A stretch of 64,000 bases of DNA from an uncultured Phycisphaeraceae bacterium (GCA_964526695.1 CAZGJA010000042.1:21145-85144); one strand, 5' to 3'; counted from the first letter of the stretch, positions 36,164-46,041 are shown. Translations and numbers: made by a program. The notes: generated by a model from the sequence alone, not told the origin.

Positions 36164-37729
36164 GTGGCGCGTTGTAAAGCACGGCTGCGGGCTATGGACA
36201 ACATCTCAGGCTCCCCTAGAATAATGGGCATGAGCAGCACCAAGAGGGCGCGGAGCGTCGACAGCGGCAGGACGAAACGCCTGCAGAGTGGCGTTTCAGA
36301 ACCCGCCGCCGAACGTCGAGCCGGCGAGCGACCGCAGGGGAGACCTGCCCCCCCCCAGGAAGTCCCGCCCCAGAAGCCAAGCATGCCCAATGGAGGGGAA
36401 AGAGAGGAAGGGCAAGCTCTGGACGGCGGTCATCGGGGGCGACCAAGGCGGGATTCACCGGATCGTGAATCCTGGAAGAAGCTTCTCGCTACGCTTCTAA
36501 AGCAGGCCGACAACCCGCCCAGAAGCAAGGATCTTGCGGACACCGTGAAGAAATACCTAGGGAAACGCCGAGACAACCGAACGGTTTCGTCTGCGCTGAT
36601 CGACAAATGGAGATCCGTGGGTCCAAGCAATCCTCAAGCGCCGACGGATTCGGTGATGGCGAATGCGCTTCTCGACGCACTCGAGGAAAGGCTCGTTATC
36701 CGGCCGCGAAAGCCTGGGAATCAGCCTGACAAGCTATACGACGGGCTAGTGGACGAACTGCCCGGCCAAGAGTGGGACCCCGAATCCATTCGATGCAGGC
36801 TAATACAATGGTTATTCAAAGATGCAGTGCGCGATTCGGATCCCGAAGCGAAGCTCTATCGGTTTTCCTACCTTGCGGCACATGAGCTGTTCGAGGAACT
36901 CTGGCAGTATGTGTCCCCGGATGCGACGTGGGACGATTCCGATACGGCGTTTGTGGGGGCCTGCCTAATGTCGAATCGCAAACAGAGCGAAGACGTCTGG
37001 CAACTGATCGAAACAAGCAGCGGAACGTTCCAAGTACGCGAAGAAAGCGACTGTAGCATCGTTCATGTCCGGCATATCGTGATGTTCCTCTATTGGGACG
37101 GCCGTGACCGTGAGGAGGCCCAAGAGGCTTGCAAGAAACTAAAGGATGAAATCCAAGCTAAGAAATCAATGGAATTCATCACGGATCGTGCAAATGAGGG
37201 TTTGGCCACGCACGTTGTCCTCGGTGTATATCGGGGCAACGACCGCGAGAATGGACAAGAGTGTATGCGGGAGTTGCAGGATATTGCAAGGGGACTTTTT
37301 GAGGCTTGCAATAGCAATGGTCGAAAGCACTGCTTCGTCTGGCGGAAGGATTTGGAGAACGAAGCTGCAGCGCCGTACCCCATGAGCGATTTCTGGCTTC
37401 TCCTCTTTCCCGACGGCGACAGCAAGCTATGGAGGTCGATGCGGCACCCGGAACAGTTCAAGCGCATTCGGTACAGTCGAGCTACCCGCCTCTGCGCGCC
37501 TATCGGCGGATATGAGAAGCAAGCTGTTTGCTCGTGGATGGGCATTAAGGGGAGCAAGAGCGTGGCCACAGGGGATTACCTATGGCGAGTGTTGCCGGGT
37601 GCGCGCATATCGATGGATCGTTCATCTGGCACGGAACACGCCGACGCTCGTCAGGCAATAACTTCCACTCGGTCAAGTGCCTCCGTCGGACGCCCGTCGA
37701 AAGCTAAGGGGCGCGGTAAGCATGTGTGA
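36164..37729 (+). CDS. Divergent putative regulator (XRE-like HTH plus large unknown C-terminal region); start uncertain
   Basis: Long ORF; VSSALIDKWRSVGPSNPQAP resembles an XRE recognition helix; stop overlaps the ABC ATPase start. Confidence 0.55.
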   Translation: MARCKARLRAMDNISGSPRIMGMSSTKRARSVDSGRTKRLQSGVSEPAAERRAGERPQGRPAPPQEVPPQKPSMPNGGEREEGQALDGGHRGRPRRDSPDRESWKKLLATLLKQADNPPRSKDLADTVKKYLGKRRDNRTVSSALIDKWRSVGPSNPQAPTDSVMANALLDALEERLVIRPRKPGNQPDKLYDGLVDELPGQEWDPESIRCRLIQWLFKDAVRDSDPEAKLYRFSYLAAHELFEELWQYVSPDATWDDSDTAFVGACLMSNRKQSEDVWQLIETSSGTFQVREESDCSIVHVRHIVMFLYWDGRDREEAQEACKKLKDEIQAKKSMEFITDRANEGLATHVVLGVYRGNDRENGQECMRELQDIARGLFEACNSNGRKHCFVWRKDLENEAAAPYPMSDFWLLLFPDGDSKLWRSMRHPEQFKRIRYSRATRLCAPIGGYEKQAVCSWMGIKGSKSVATGDYLWRVLPGARISMDRSSGTEHADARQAITSTRSSASVGRPSKAKGRGKHV

Positions 37730-38564
37730 TGCGCTGTGCGTGGATAAACTGTCCGTCGAATATGCCACTCCAGTGGTGCCCTTACGAGCCCTGTCGGAGG
37801 TAACGTTTGCTGTGCCTCCGGGGCCTGCAGGTTCCTCGGTTTGCTGTTTGGGAGCATCGGGTGCCGGCAAAAGCACGCTCGGGCTCGCTGTTATCCAACT
37901 TCTGCCGCATGAAGCACGAGTCAAAGGCAAGGTATCCTTGCCAGGAGGCCTGACGCTCACCGCGAGCGGTGGTCGGCTGCGGGAATACCGGCGGCGCAGC
38001 GTCGGCGTCGTGCTCCAGGATGCGCCAGGTTCTTTGGTTCCCGGCGTTCCAATTGGACGGCAGGCTCGGCGCGTTTTCGCCGTGAGGCGGGGTCTTGCCC
38101 GAAGAGATGCCGAGCGAAGCGCGCGGGAAGGGCTGGCCCGGGTGGGCCTCGAAGACGTTGAGCGCGTTTGGCGGGCGATGCCATCGGAGCTCTCGGGCGG
38201 CATGTGTCAACGGGTGATGATAAGCCTTTCAGTATTGGCTGCTCCTGAGCCTCGGCTCATGATATGTGACGAGCCCACGAGTGCCCTCGATAGCGTGTCG
38301 GCTGCGCAGGTGCTTGAGTTGCTTTTTCGCATCAAGGCTGAACACCGAATCACGATGTTGTTCATTACGCACGATGTCCGTCTGGTTTGGCGCTTTGATT
38401 GGGTGGCGATTCTCTCAGAAGGCCGGCTCGCGGAGTTTGAAAGGAGTGACCAGTTCTTAGCAAGCCCGCGGAGCGAGGAAGGACGTCGGCTGCTCGATGC
38501 TGGTAAGGCCCTCGGTAGCAGTTCGGTCGATCGTGTAAATGCTCAACAGGAGATAATGCGGTGA
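37722..38564 (+). CDS. Dpp/Opp-type ABC ATPase
   Basis: GASGAGKS, LSGGMCQRV, MICDEPTSALD, FITHD. Confidence 0.93.
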   Translation: MCDALCVDKLSVEYATPVVPLRALSEVTFAVPPGPAGSSVCCLGASGAGKSTLGLAVIQLLPHEARVKGKVSLPGGLTLTASGGRLREYRRRSVGVVLQDAPGSLVPGVPIGRQARRVFAVRRGLARRDAERSAREGLARVGLEDVERVWRAMPSELSGGMCQRVMISLSVLAAPEPRLMICDEPTSALDSVSAAQVLELLFRIKAEHRITMLFITHDVRLVWRFDWVAILSEGRLAEFERSDQFLASPRSEEGRRLLDAGKALGSSSVDRVNAQQEIMR

Positions 38565-39658
38565 ACTTAATGGCTGGGTCTTTGGGAGGGGCGATACCGA
38601 CACTCCGGACGGACGGCCCTTCCGTGATATCCATTTGCGTCAATGCAGTGTGCCCCTTGAAGTGTCGGCATTGCTATTTGGCCGGGGGCGAACCCGCGAT
38701 CGGTGTCGGGGCCGCGCAGTGGCTTCGATTCTTGCGGTCCGTCTTCATCGATCTGCGGCCCCACTCCTTGTGTTTTAGCGGAAAAGAGGTCTTCGCCCTC
38801 GATGAGAGTGCGTCGCTCTTCTTCGACGCACTGCGCCTCCGGGACGAGGAGCAAGCCGGTAGCGTTCAGCGAACACGTATCGGCGTCATCACGAATGGGA
38901 CCCTGCTCGATCGGTACCGCGATCAGCTCGTTGAGTGCCCGCCGGATTGGCTCGACGTGAGCATCGACGGGTTGGAAGGCGCACACGATGAAGTGCGCGG
39001 GAAGGGCTCCTTCGCCCGCGTTGCCCGAAACCTGCCGTGGCTCGTCGAGTCGTTCGGCGCTCGGCTCTGGGTCGCAGTGACATTGATGGAGAGTAACGTC
39101 GAGACGCTCCGGGAGTTCATTTCAGGCCTCCACCACACGTCCGGTCTAAACCGGTTCACCGTGGGAATCTACAAGCCGCAGAGTTACACGGATTCAACGC
39201 TGCGGCTTGCGGAGCCCAGCCGGGAGGGACGGATTCTGCGCTCAGTCTACGCCCTCGAACAGATACAGGACGCGGATGGCGTTGTAGTGCGCATCGAACT
39301 CGACGTCGGCGATGCTGGCCTTCGATTGAGACTCCAAGACTCGGGCATGATCCCCACCGTTGGGGCGATCCGCGTCGCGGAACATTCCCTGAAGAATGGA
39401 CTAACGCTCCAACTCGCGGCCGCGACAACCCCCGTGGGACTTTGGCGAGCTGTTCGCGTGACGAACGAAGGTCTTTATCTGGCAGCAGAGGATCTCGTCG
39501 ATGTGACCGCATATCGAGAGCGCGCCATCGGGAATATCGCGGAGTTCGAGTACGACGCGAAGCGAGTCTACGAGGCCGGACTCGTGCATCCGCGCTTCCG
39601 CGAACTGGTCGGGACAGAGGCGCCTGAATTCCTGGCGCGGCTTGCCCGGTCGGCATAG
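38561..39658 (+). CDS. Radical SAM enzyme
   Basis: CPLKCRHC (CxxxCxxC), FSGKE, ITNGTLL, VSIDG..HD.VRG; C-terminal SPASM-like region without Cys. Confidence 0.9.
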   Translation: MNLMAGSLGGAIPTLRTDGPSVISICVNAVCPLKCRHCYLAGGEPAIGVGAAQWLRFLRSVFIDLRPHSLCFSGKEVFALDESASLFFDALRLRDEEQAGSVQRTRIGVITNGTLLDRYRDQLVECPPDWLDVSIDGLEGAHDEVRGKGSFARVARNLPWLVESFGARLWVAVTLMESNVETLREFISGLHHTSGLNRFTVGIYKPQSYTDSTLRLAEPSREGRILRSVYALEQIQDADGVVVRIELDVGDAGLRLRLQDSGMIPTVGAIRVAEHSLKNGLTLQLAAATTPVGLWRAVRVTNEGLYLAAEDLVDVTAYRERAIGNIAEFEYDAKRVYEAGLVHPRFRELVGTEAPEFLARLARSA

Positions 39659-39681
39659 GGGCGGTCCCTGGAGCTACCCAA

Positions 39682-41292
39682 ATGAGGCGAACAACCATCA
39701 CGATCGCGGCTGTGTTTGGAGCCCTCGGGCTCGCGGCACTTATGTTCTGGGCATACCGTGGTCAGGAGCCTACACACGTTCGCGCGGTGACAATTCCGCT
39801 GGAAGGCGACATCCAGACGCTGGACCCAGCCGCGCTTTCCGATCCGACGACAAGCCGCGTTGTTTGGCAGATATATGAAGGGCTCGTTGGGCTCGACGCG
39901 GAAAACAACGCGGTGCCGATGATTGCGGAGTCATGGGATGCTCGCGACGACTCACGCACGTGGGTATTCAGGATTCGGCAAGGTGTCTTGTTTCATCCGC
40001 ACGCAGCCTTTTCCGGGGAATCGCATAGACGAGCGGTCCGTGCTGACGATGTCGTCTGGTCGATCGAGAGAATGGCGCGTGGTTTTGGATCGTTCGTGTT
40101 TGGCGGTCTTGTCGAAGGCTTCGACGTGTACGTCAAGGGCGAAGGAAAGAGCATTACCGGTTTACGAGCCACGGGCGAGCACGAGGTCACGTTCATTCTC
40201 AATCGGCCCGACCCGTCTTTCTTGTACCGTATCACCAGCCCCTACCTGTCCGTCATGCCGCGCGAGGTGGTCGAAGGAGACGCGGATGCGTTTGGAAGGA
40301 CGGTAGCAATCGGAACGGGAGCATTTCGGTTGGTTCGGGCCGGGAGCGGTGAATTGGTTTTGGAACGATACGCAGAATACTGGGGCAGGCGAAGCGGCAA
40401 CATCGATAGCGTGACGTTCCGAGTTGAGAAGAATCCGCAGTTCCGAATGGCTGGCTTGCGATCCGGCACGTACGACCTAGTTCGTATGCCGACGGAGCTG
40501 CGCGGAGAGTTTCTTCTTCGAGACGGCAGCTTCAAACCCGAGTCTGCTGCTAGATTCCAAACGTTCGAATCGTCAACATTCAACGTGCATCTGCTGGCCG
40601 TAGATGCCAAACAGGTAACTGATGCCGCGTTGCGGCGGGCCATATCTCTGGCGGTTGACCGTGACGTTATCGTCACCGAAGTGCTGAGTGGCGGCGCTGT
40701 GCCGGCCAACGGGCCAGTTCCGCCAGGAATGCAGGGTTATCGCTCGCCGCTCCGGGTCGCTAGAGACCGAGAGGCGGCTCGACGCGAGGTCGCGGCCAGC
40801 TCCTATGCGGGGCAGGAGCTGACGCTGTTGGTGGCCAGCGTTCACAATCACCCTGACATTGTGCAGGTTGTACAAGACGAACTACTCCAGTGTGGCATCA
40901 AGACGCGCATCGAGCAGGTCGAGTTCAACGCATTCGTTAGCCGACTATTCGGCACTAATCGGCCGGCACTATTTTTGACTTATAGCGAATGGATTTATTC
41001 GGCGCCGGAGCTATTGATGGAACAGTTTCGGTCCACGGCTACGCCGAATCCGAACGTATTCGGTTATGCGGACGACCGTGTTGACGCTCTAATCGCTCAA
41101 CTTGGCGCGACCACGGAGCGGTCTGAACTGAATCGGCTGTGCGCTGATATCGAAAGGATTGTGGCAGAAGCACCACCGGCCGCATGGCTCTACCACGAGC
41201 GGCATATGTTCCTGGCAGCTAAACGACTCTCACACTTCGCTGTGACGGGCAACAATCATTGGCTCCTTTCGGAGCTGCGGAGTGAGCCGTAA
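39682..41292 (+). CDS. Family-5 peptide/nickel ABC substrate-binding protein
   Basis: N-terminal anchor, TLDPA, IYEGLV, GTGAFRL, LRRAISLAVDR. Confidence 0.93.
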   Translation: MRRTTITIAAVFGALGLAALMFWAYRGQEPTHVRAVTIPLEGDIQTLDPAALSDPTTSRVVWQIYEGLVGLDAENNAVPMIAESWDARDDSRTWVFRIRQGVLFHPHAAFSGESHRRAVRADDVVWSIERMARGFGSFVFGGLVEGFDVYVKGEGKSITGLRATGEHEVTFILNRPDPSFLYRITSPYLSVMPREVVEGDADAFGRTVAIGTGAFRLVRAGSGELVLERYAEYWGRRSGNIDSVTFRVEKNPQFRMAGLRSGTYDLVRMPTELRGEFLLRDGSFKPESAARFQTFESSTFNVHLLAVDAKQVTDAALRRAISLAVDRDVIVTEVLSGGAVPANGPVPPGMQGYRSPLRVARDREAARREVAASSYAGQELTLLVASVHNHPDIVQVVQDELLQCGIKTRIEQVEFNAFVSRLFGTNRPALFLTYSEWIYSAPELLMEQFRSTATPNPNVFGYADDRVDALIAQLGATTERSELNRLCADIERIVAEAPPAAWLYHERHMFLAAKRLSHFAVTGNNHWLLSELRSEP

Positions 41293-42257
41293 TGTCGAGA
41301 GGCTCGTTGGCCTATCGCGGTAGCCGTCACATCGGCGGTTGGAGCATCGCCTCTGTGCTACGAGTCGTGGCAACGGGCATAGGGCTGTTTCTATTCGTAT
41401 CGACGGTCGCATTCATTGTATTCTCTGTCTTGCCGACTGATCCGGTGCGCAATGCACTTGGAATGAACGCTAGCGAGGAGGCGGTTCAGTCGCTTCGCCA
41501 GCAGCTTGGATACGATCGGCCGATGGCCAAGCGATACGTGCGCTTCCTGGTTGGCTCGCTCCAGTTGGATTTCGGCCGCTCGATCCATTCTCGCCGTCCA
41601 GTGGGCGCAATGATTGTCGAAGGGTTAGCAACGACAGGTCGCAATGGAGCTATTGGGCTGTGTCTCGCTGCGTTCTTGAGTTTGATGTTGGTCGTCGTTG
41701 CGTGGTCGTGGAGGAGGATTGAACACGCTTTGGTTCTCTTGTGTCGGTTGCTAACGAGCATCCCTAGCCTCATTCTGGCGGTCACGGCCGGCGTTGTGGC
41801 CTATAGCATGCTTGGCGGCTTCGGAACAGGTGGTTATCGCGAGGTCGTCGGCGTTGTTACTGCCTTGGCGGTGTACCCGACTTGCTCACTGGCAGAGATT
41901 GCGATCGGTGAATCCCGGAGGGCGGAGCGGTGTAGCTTTGTAACGGCCGCGCGCAGCTTCGGCATGAGCGAACGGGCGGTGTTCGCTCGGTGCGTTCTTC
42001 CTGCCATACTGACTAGCTGGGCAGGGCACGTGTCCAATCTGGCAGCGTCGATTTTCGTTTCCTCCGCGGTCGTCGATGCGGTTTTCTCTTTACCGGGAAT
42101 TGGTCATTTACTCGTTCAGGCAGTTATCCATAACGATCTTCCGGTCGTGCAGGGGGTGATCGTCGTCGTAATCGCGGGCTTCCTAGGCGTTGATCTCTTG
42201 TTCGATCGTTTAGTCCTGCCGCGGTTGGCCGTGCATGTGGGGAGTACCCGATCGTGA
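41292..42257 (+). CDS. DppB-like ABC permease
   Basis: PTDPV, LGYDRP, DFGRS, TAARSFGMSE, VFSLPGIG. Confidence 0.92.
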   Translation: MSRGSLAYRGSRHIGGWSIASVLRVVATGIGLFLFVSTVAFIVFSVLPTDPVRNALGMNASEEAVQSLRQQLGYDRPMAKRYVRFLVGSLQLDFGRSIHSRRPVGAMIVEGLATTGRNGAIGLCLAAFLSLMLVVVAWSWRRIEHALVLLCRLLTSIPSLILAVTAGVVAYSMLGGFGTGGYREVVGVVTALAVYPTCSLAEIAIGESRRAERCSFVTAARSFGMSERAVFARCVLPAILTSWAGHVSNLAASIFVSSAVVDAVFSLPGIGHLLVQAVIHNDLPVVQGVIVVVIAGFLGVDLLFDRLVLPRLAVHVGSTRS

Positions 42258-43054
42258 AGACCTCCCGCCTGGCAGCCATAGCGGTGGTCGCGCTGCTTTC
42301 CGGACTCGGATGGGTCCTTAGCGCCAATGATACGCCGGATCTGGAGCGAAGGCTCTCGCCCCCATCATTTCAGAACTGGGCGGGAACGGATCATCTCGGC
42401 CGGGACATACTGGGCCGTACAGTTCGAGCAGCCGCAACCGCCGCGACCGTCGCACTTCCTGCTTGGATAATCGCGACGTTCTTCGGAACAGTCCTCGGTC
42501 TTATTGCCGCAAGCACGCGTGTGCGGGTGGTGAGCATAACGATCGACTGGGCGATCAAAGTGGTCTTCGCAACTCCCTCGTTTCTCTTGCTTGTCGGCTT
42601 AGGAGCGGTGCTGGGTCGAGGCATGGGCGCCATATTCGTTGTCGTGCTGCTGGTCGGCTGGGCATTTCCTGCTCGACATGCACGGGCTCTGGCGCAAGAT
42701 GTACTCGGCGCTCCCTTTACGAGGGCTGCACTGTCGATGGGCTTTTCGTCCATTGATGTCGCCCGCTATGTACTTGCGCCCGCGTGTGTTCGACCTGTCG
42801 TCGCAGCGAGCGGGGGACTTATCGTGGAGGTCCTTGCGCTCGACTTGGCATTGACCCTCTTCGGCTTTGGTCCGCCCCCGCCATCTCCGACATTCGGTAC
42901 GTTGCTGAGCGACGGGCTTCGGTTTTACAGCACAGCGCCGTGGACCGTCCTGGTGCCGCTCGGTATCATTTGTGTCATGTGCTTGTGCTTTCGTTCGGTG
43001 ATCGGTGGTGCCGGCGCGGCATTGCCGATCTTGACTACGCAACGTCGGCGATGA
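42254..43054 (+). CDS. DppC-like ABC permease
   Basis: GTDHLGRDILGR, AALSMG, PTFGTLL, APW. Confidence 0.92.
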   Translation: MKTSRLAAIAVVALLSGLGWVLSANDTPDLERRLSPPSFQNWAGTDHLGRDILGRTVRAAATAATVALPAWIIATFFGTVLGLIAASTRVRVVSITIDWAIKVVFATPSFLLLVGLGAVLGRGMGAIFVVVLLVGWAFPARHARALAQDVLGAPFTRAALSMGFSSIDVARYVLAPACVRPVVAASGGLIVEVLALDLALTLFGFGPPPPSPTFGTLLSDGLRFYSTAPWTVLVPLGIICVMCLCFRSVIGGAGAALPILTTQRRR

Positions 43055-43069
43055 GAGCGGCGTCGGTCG

Positions 43070-43302
43070 AAGTAACCCAGCCTAAGTCGAGGTCGATAGT
43101 GGCGATATGCTCTTCAATCCCAGGGGGACGGCCACTCTGATCGACGATTAGACGATTAGCGACGGAACCAACCCTCGGACCACGCACATTTCCGCACGAA
43201 AATCACCCAGCCGCGTTGCGACTTCAAGGCACGTCCGCCGAATGAGCGTGTTGCAGCCGGGCACGAGCCGGCGGCAACTCGTGGCTCCCGGTTCACCGCC
43301 AT
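43070..43302 (-). pseudogene. Decayed nucleotidyltransferase toxin (AbiEii-like) N-terminus
   Basis: Three frames read MAVNREPRVAAG / RRTCLEVATRLGDFRAEMCVVRGLVPSLIV / DQSGRPPGIEEHIATIDLDLG; 8-bp duplication GACGATTA at 43143-58. Confidence 0.7.
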
Positions 43303-44318
43303 TGCAGTCGCTCCTTCCGCAGGTGTTCCGCAGCCTCTTCGGCTCGCTCCGGCATGCCGTGCATATCCAGGTACGCCTGAACCGGGCTGACGCACTCAGC
43401 GCCAGCGATGGCTTGCGCGCCGTGAAACACCCCCTCGTCGTTGGGGCGGATCAGCCAGAGGTTGGCGCCGCGCTTTTCTTCGTGCCAGTTGAGTTTTTTG
43501 AGCAGCTTGTCGCTGGCCGGTTTTCGCAGGTATGCGGTGAGCAATCGGTAGCCGGCAAACGGGGCCAACAACCAAGCCGCTGCCAAGCCGGTCAGAGCGA
43601 AGGTGATGGAGAGATCCTCGCAAGCCTCTACGAGTCGCCGGGAGAGTTCTTCGCCGGAGTGTGAGGCGACATGTCCCTCACGGATGTCGTGACGGCGCAA
43701 ATCGTATTGGCTTCGCCAGGCTTCGAGCAGCAGGTTCGGGTCTCGCGGCCGGATGCCGCCCTCGGGGGTTCGCTCGATGAGGCGGTCTTCCTCCAACCGT
43801 TTGCAGGTGCGACTCACGTAACCAGTCCCGACTTGGCTTTCCTGGGCGAGTTCGGATTGTCGCCACGACCGCTTCGGGTCATTGAGGAGGAGCCGAGCAA
43901 TCCGGGAACTCTTGGGGGCAAAGACCGATGACGGGCGGCCACGCTGCACGAACAGGTTGGGTTTTCCGGCCACGTGAACGCGCAGGCCCGGGACGTTGAT
44001 TTCCGCGTTTCCCGAAAGGTCGACGAATCCGACCTTGTGTTCGCGGCAGACCTTCGCGCCGACCTCACCCATGAAGGGTACGGCAACCAAGGGGATTGCT
44101 TGCGGTCCGGCGTGCTTTGCCGCAGCGCGGGCGTCCTCAGCGGCCTGCGCCACGGCCGCGGCCCGCGAATTCGGTTTCGCCACCACCGCGAGGACGAGTG
44201 AACCAAGCCGTAAAACCCGGTCGGCGGAGGTCCCGTTCTTGATGGCGCTCACGCGCAACGCGGTCAGGTCGGCCAGCAGGCTTGGCAGGCTATCCAGGAT
44301 GTCAGGGTCGGCGTTCAT
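43293..44318 (-). CDS. Type IV TA AbiEi-family antitoxin/regulator
   Basis: GFVDLSGNA, VFAPKSSRI, wHTH QSELAQES.VGTGYVSR, VSPVQAYLD...R.EEAA. Confidence 0.85.
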   Translation of the reverse strand: MNADPDILDSLPSLLADLTALRVSAIKNGTSADRVLRLGSLVLAVVAKPNSRAAAVAQAAEDARAAAKHAGPQAIPLVAVPFMGEVGAKVCREHKVGFVDLSGNAEINVPGLRVHVAGKPNLFVQRGRPSSVFAPKSSRIARLLLNDPKRSWRQSELAQESQVGTGYVSRTCKRLEEDRLIERTPEGGIRPRDPNLLLEAWRSQYDLRRHDIREGHVASHSGEELSRRLVEACEDLSITFALTGLAAAWLLAPFAGYRLLTAYLRKPASDKLLKKLNWHEEKRGANLWLIRPNDEGVFHGAQAIAGAECVSPVQAYLDMHGMPERAEEAAEHLRKERLQWR

Positions 44319-44322
44319 GCTT

Positions 44323-44368
44323 ACTAAAATCGGCCAGTTGACGGCGCATTCAACATCGGTATTTTAGT
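44323..44368 (-). promoter_or_regulatory. Inverted-repeat operator over the antitoxin promoter
   Basis: ACTAAAAT 44323-30/ATTTTAGT 44361-68, with inner TTGA/TCAA; directly before ATG 44318. Confidence 0.5.
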
Positions 44369-44519
44369 GAACCCCGTGGAGCTGTCCAGGTGGCCGGGTT
44401 GCACGGGGGCGTCGCGCCCGCAGCATCGCCGCCTTGCACGAAGGTCCAAATAATTTGGACCACTGCGCTGGCACTTGCGGCTGCGTCGCCACATAGACTG
44501 CTCCAACGGACCACGAGAA

Positions 44520-45052
44520 AAGTTGCGTCATTCTCGAGCTTGCGAACAGGGAGGGATAAAAGGACGGCATCTGTTAGGCTTCACCGCGTGGTGAAAGTGG
44601 CTCTCAGAGTGAAACCTCGCCCCGTAAAGCCGGATGTTGTTAGGGTGTTTCTCGTAAGCTGACAGGCGAAAGTTGCGTCTGGGAAGCTGGCACACGTGGC
44701 TTCTGGCGCTGCCAGGGCGGTTTCCGAACGACTGGTTCTACTCTGAAGCTGGCACGGGGCATCAAAAACGAAAAAGTTGCGTCAGAAGTTGCGTCAGAAC
44801 GACCCGAAAAACAGTCGTCAGCTAGTAAGCGTACATCGCGCGATCAGTGACGCAACTTCTTGTACCGCCGTCGTTAGTCATTGTCAGTACTTGGGTTAGG
44901 ATCACCCTCTGGGGACTTCCCAAGCTGGACGTCGTCGGTTCGAATCCGATCGCCCGCTTTCTTCATAACGTCTTTCAGCTTAATAACTTGGGGCTCGTCA
45001 TCTTGAGCCCCAGCGACCCCTGATTTCTCGATTTGCGTCGCTTTTTGCGTCA
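44520..45052. repeat. Integrase arm-type repeats (AAG)TTGCGTCA
   Basis: Copies at 44520, 44670, 44774, 44786, inverted at 44848, and 45032/45044 on the other side of the tRNA core. Confidence 0.7.
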
Positions 45053-45620
45053 GTTGTTCGTCGATTGGGGTGTGGGCCGCCTCGGCGAGATCGGCCTCGT
45101 TCACCCGTAGGTAGTGCTGCCGTGCGACATCGTCGGAGTGGCCCATCCATTCGACGACGACGTGAAACGGAAAGCCGGCGTTGATCCAGTCGCTCTCCCG
45201 GTTCTTGCGGAGCATGTGGCACCACTTGGCGTACTTCGGGATCCCGGCCTTCTTGCGGCTGACGCCGAAGTCCCGCCAGACATTTGGGGCAGTCGCGGCT
45301 TGGACGACCATCGACTTCCCCGGGCGCCGCCGCGAACACATCCCGGAGAATCGGCAATTGCTCCGGGGCGATGGGCGCGACCCGGCGCCGTTTGGTCGTT
45401 TGGGCCCAAACCACCAGCCGGTTCTTCTGCCGGTCCACGTCGCGCCATCGAAGCGACAGCGCTTCACCCTGCCGTAGGCCGGCGAGTCGGCAAAGTCCCA
45501 GCAGCGTCTTCCATCCTTGGTTCGGGCAAGCCTCGACAAGCTTGTTGAACTCGTCCAGGCTGACGTAGTGCCAATCCTCGTCGACCGGCGGCAAGCCGCC
45601 GCTGAGACGGTCGAAGGTCC
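44874..45620 (-). pseudogene. Tyrosine integrase, 5'-truncated and frameshifted
   Basis: LAGLR, HMLRKN, WMGHS..VARQHY; frameshift near 45320; C-terminus reads through the tRNA core. Confidence 0.88.
44916..44958 (+). mobile_element. att core: 3' half of tRNA-Gly(CCC)
   Basis: CTTCCCAA-GCTGG-ACGTC-GTCGG-TTCGAAT-CCGAT-CGCCCGCT; the 5' anticodon stem, D arm and acceptor 5' strand are absent. Confidence 0.85.
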
Positions 45621-45899
45621 ACGCGCACGCCGTTCTTCGAGAACGCCGCCAGCGTCAACGTCCGCCCCGTGCGGCTCGCCCGGACGCAGTACTCCCCGCA
45701 GCGCGTCGCCCGCGCGGTGGTCAGCGCCTCGCGCCGCCGCCGCCGCGAAGTCGTGCTCTCGGCGGAGGGCAACACGATCGCCCTCATCCGCCGTGTTTCG
45801 CATCGCCTGGCCGACGCCATCATGGTCCGCTTCGCCCGCCTCGCCATGCCGCCGGGCGGGGCGGATGGCGAGTCGCCGAAGCCGAGCGGCCGATCCTGA
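45621..45899 (+). pseudogene. C-terminal fragment of short-chain dehydrogenase (SDR)
   Basis: TRTPFFENAA...SPQRVARAVV.A.RRRRREVV...LADAIM; no N-terminus, abuts the integrase fragment. Confidence 0.6.
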
Positions 45900-46041
45900 G
45901 ACATGCGGATGGGAGCGGCCACCGCCCCGGGCTTTCCCACAAGATGGACGACAGCTACGTCGATTGAGCGTCGGGCAGCGCCTTGATTGAGCAGCAACAG
46001 AATACCAGCCCGTGGTGGAACTCGAAACCGGGCATCGGGAC

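Larger units (their letters stand above)
1..44958. mobile_element. Integrated plasmid/ICE-like element (left boundary not seen in window)
   Basis: ParB, ParA, Rep-like, Replic_Relax x2, VirD4-like ATPase, DUF932, orphan methylase, SSB-like genes; ends at tRNA-Gly 3' duplication with arm repeats; REP repeats of the right-hand chromosome were not seen here. Confidence 0.75.

Noticed and set aside
44916-44958. Functional tRNA-Gly gene
   Set aside because: The 5' half is missing (GGGGAC upstream cannot pair with GCTGG); it is only an att core.
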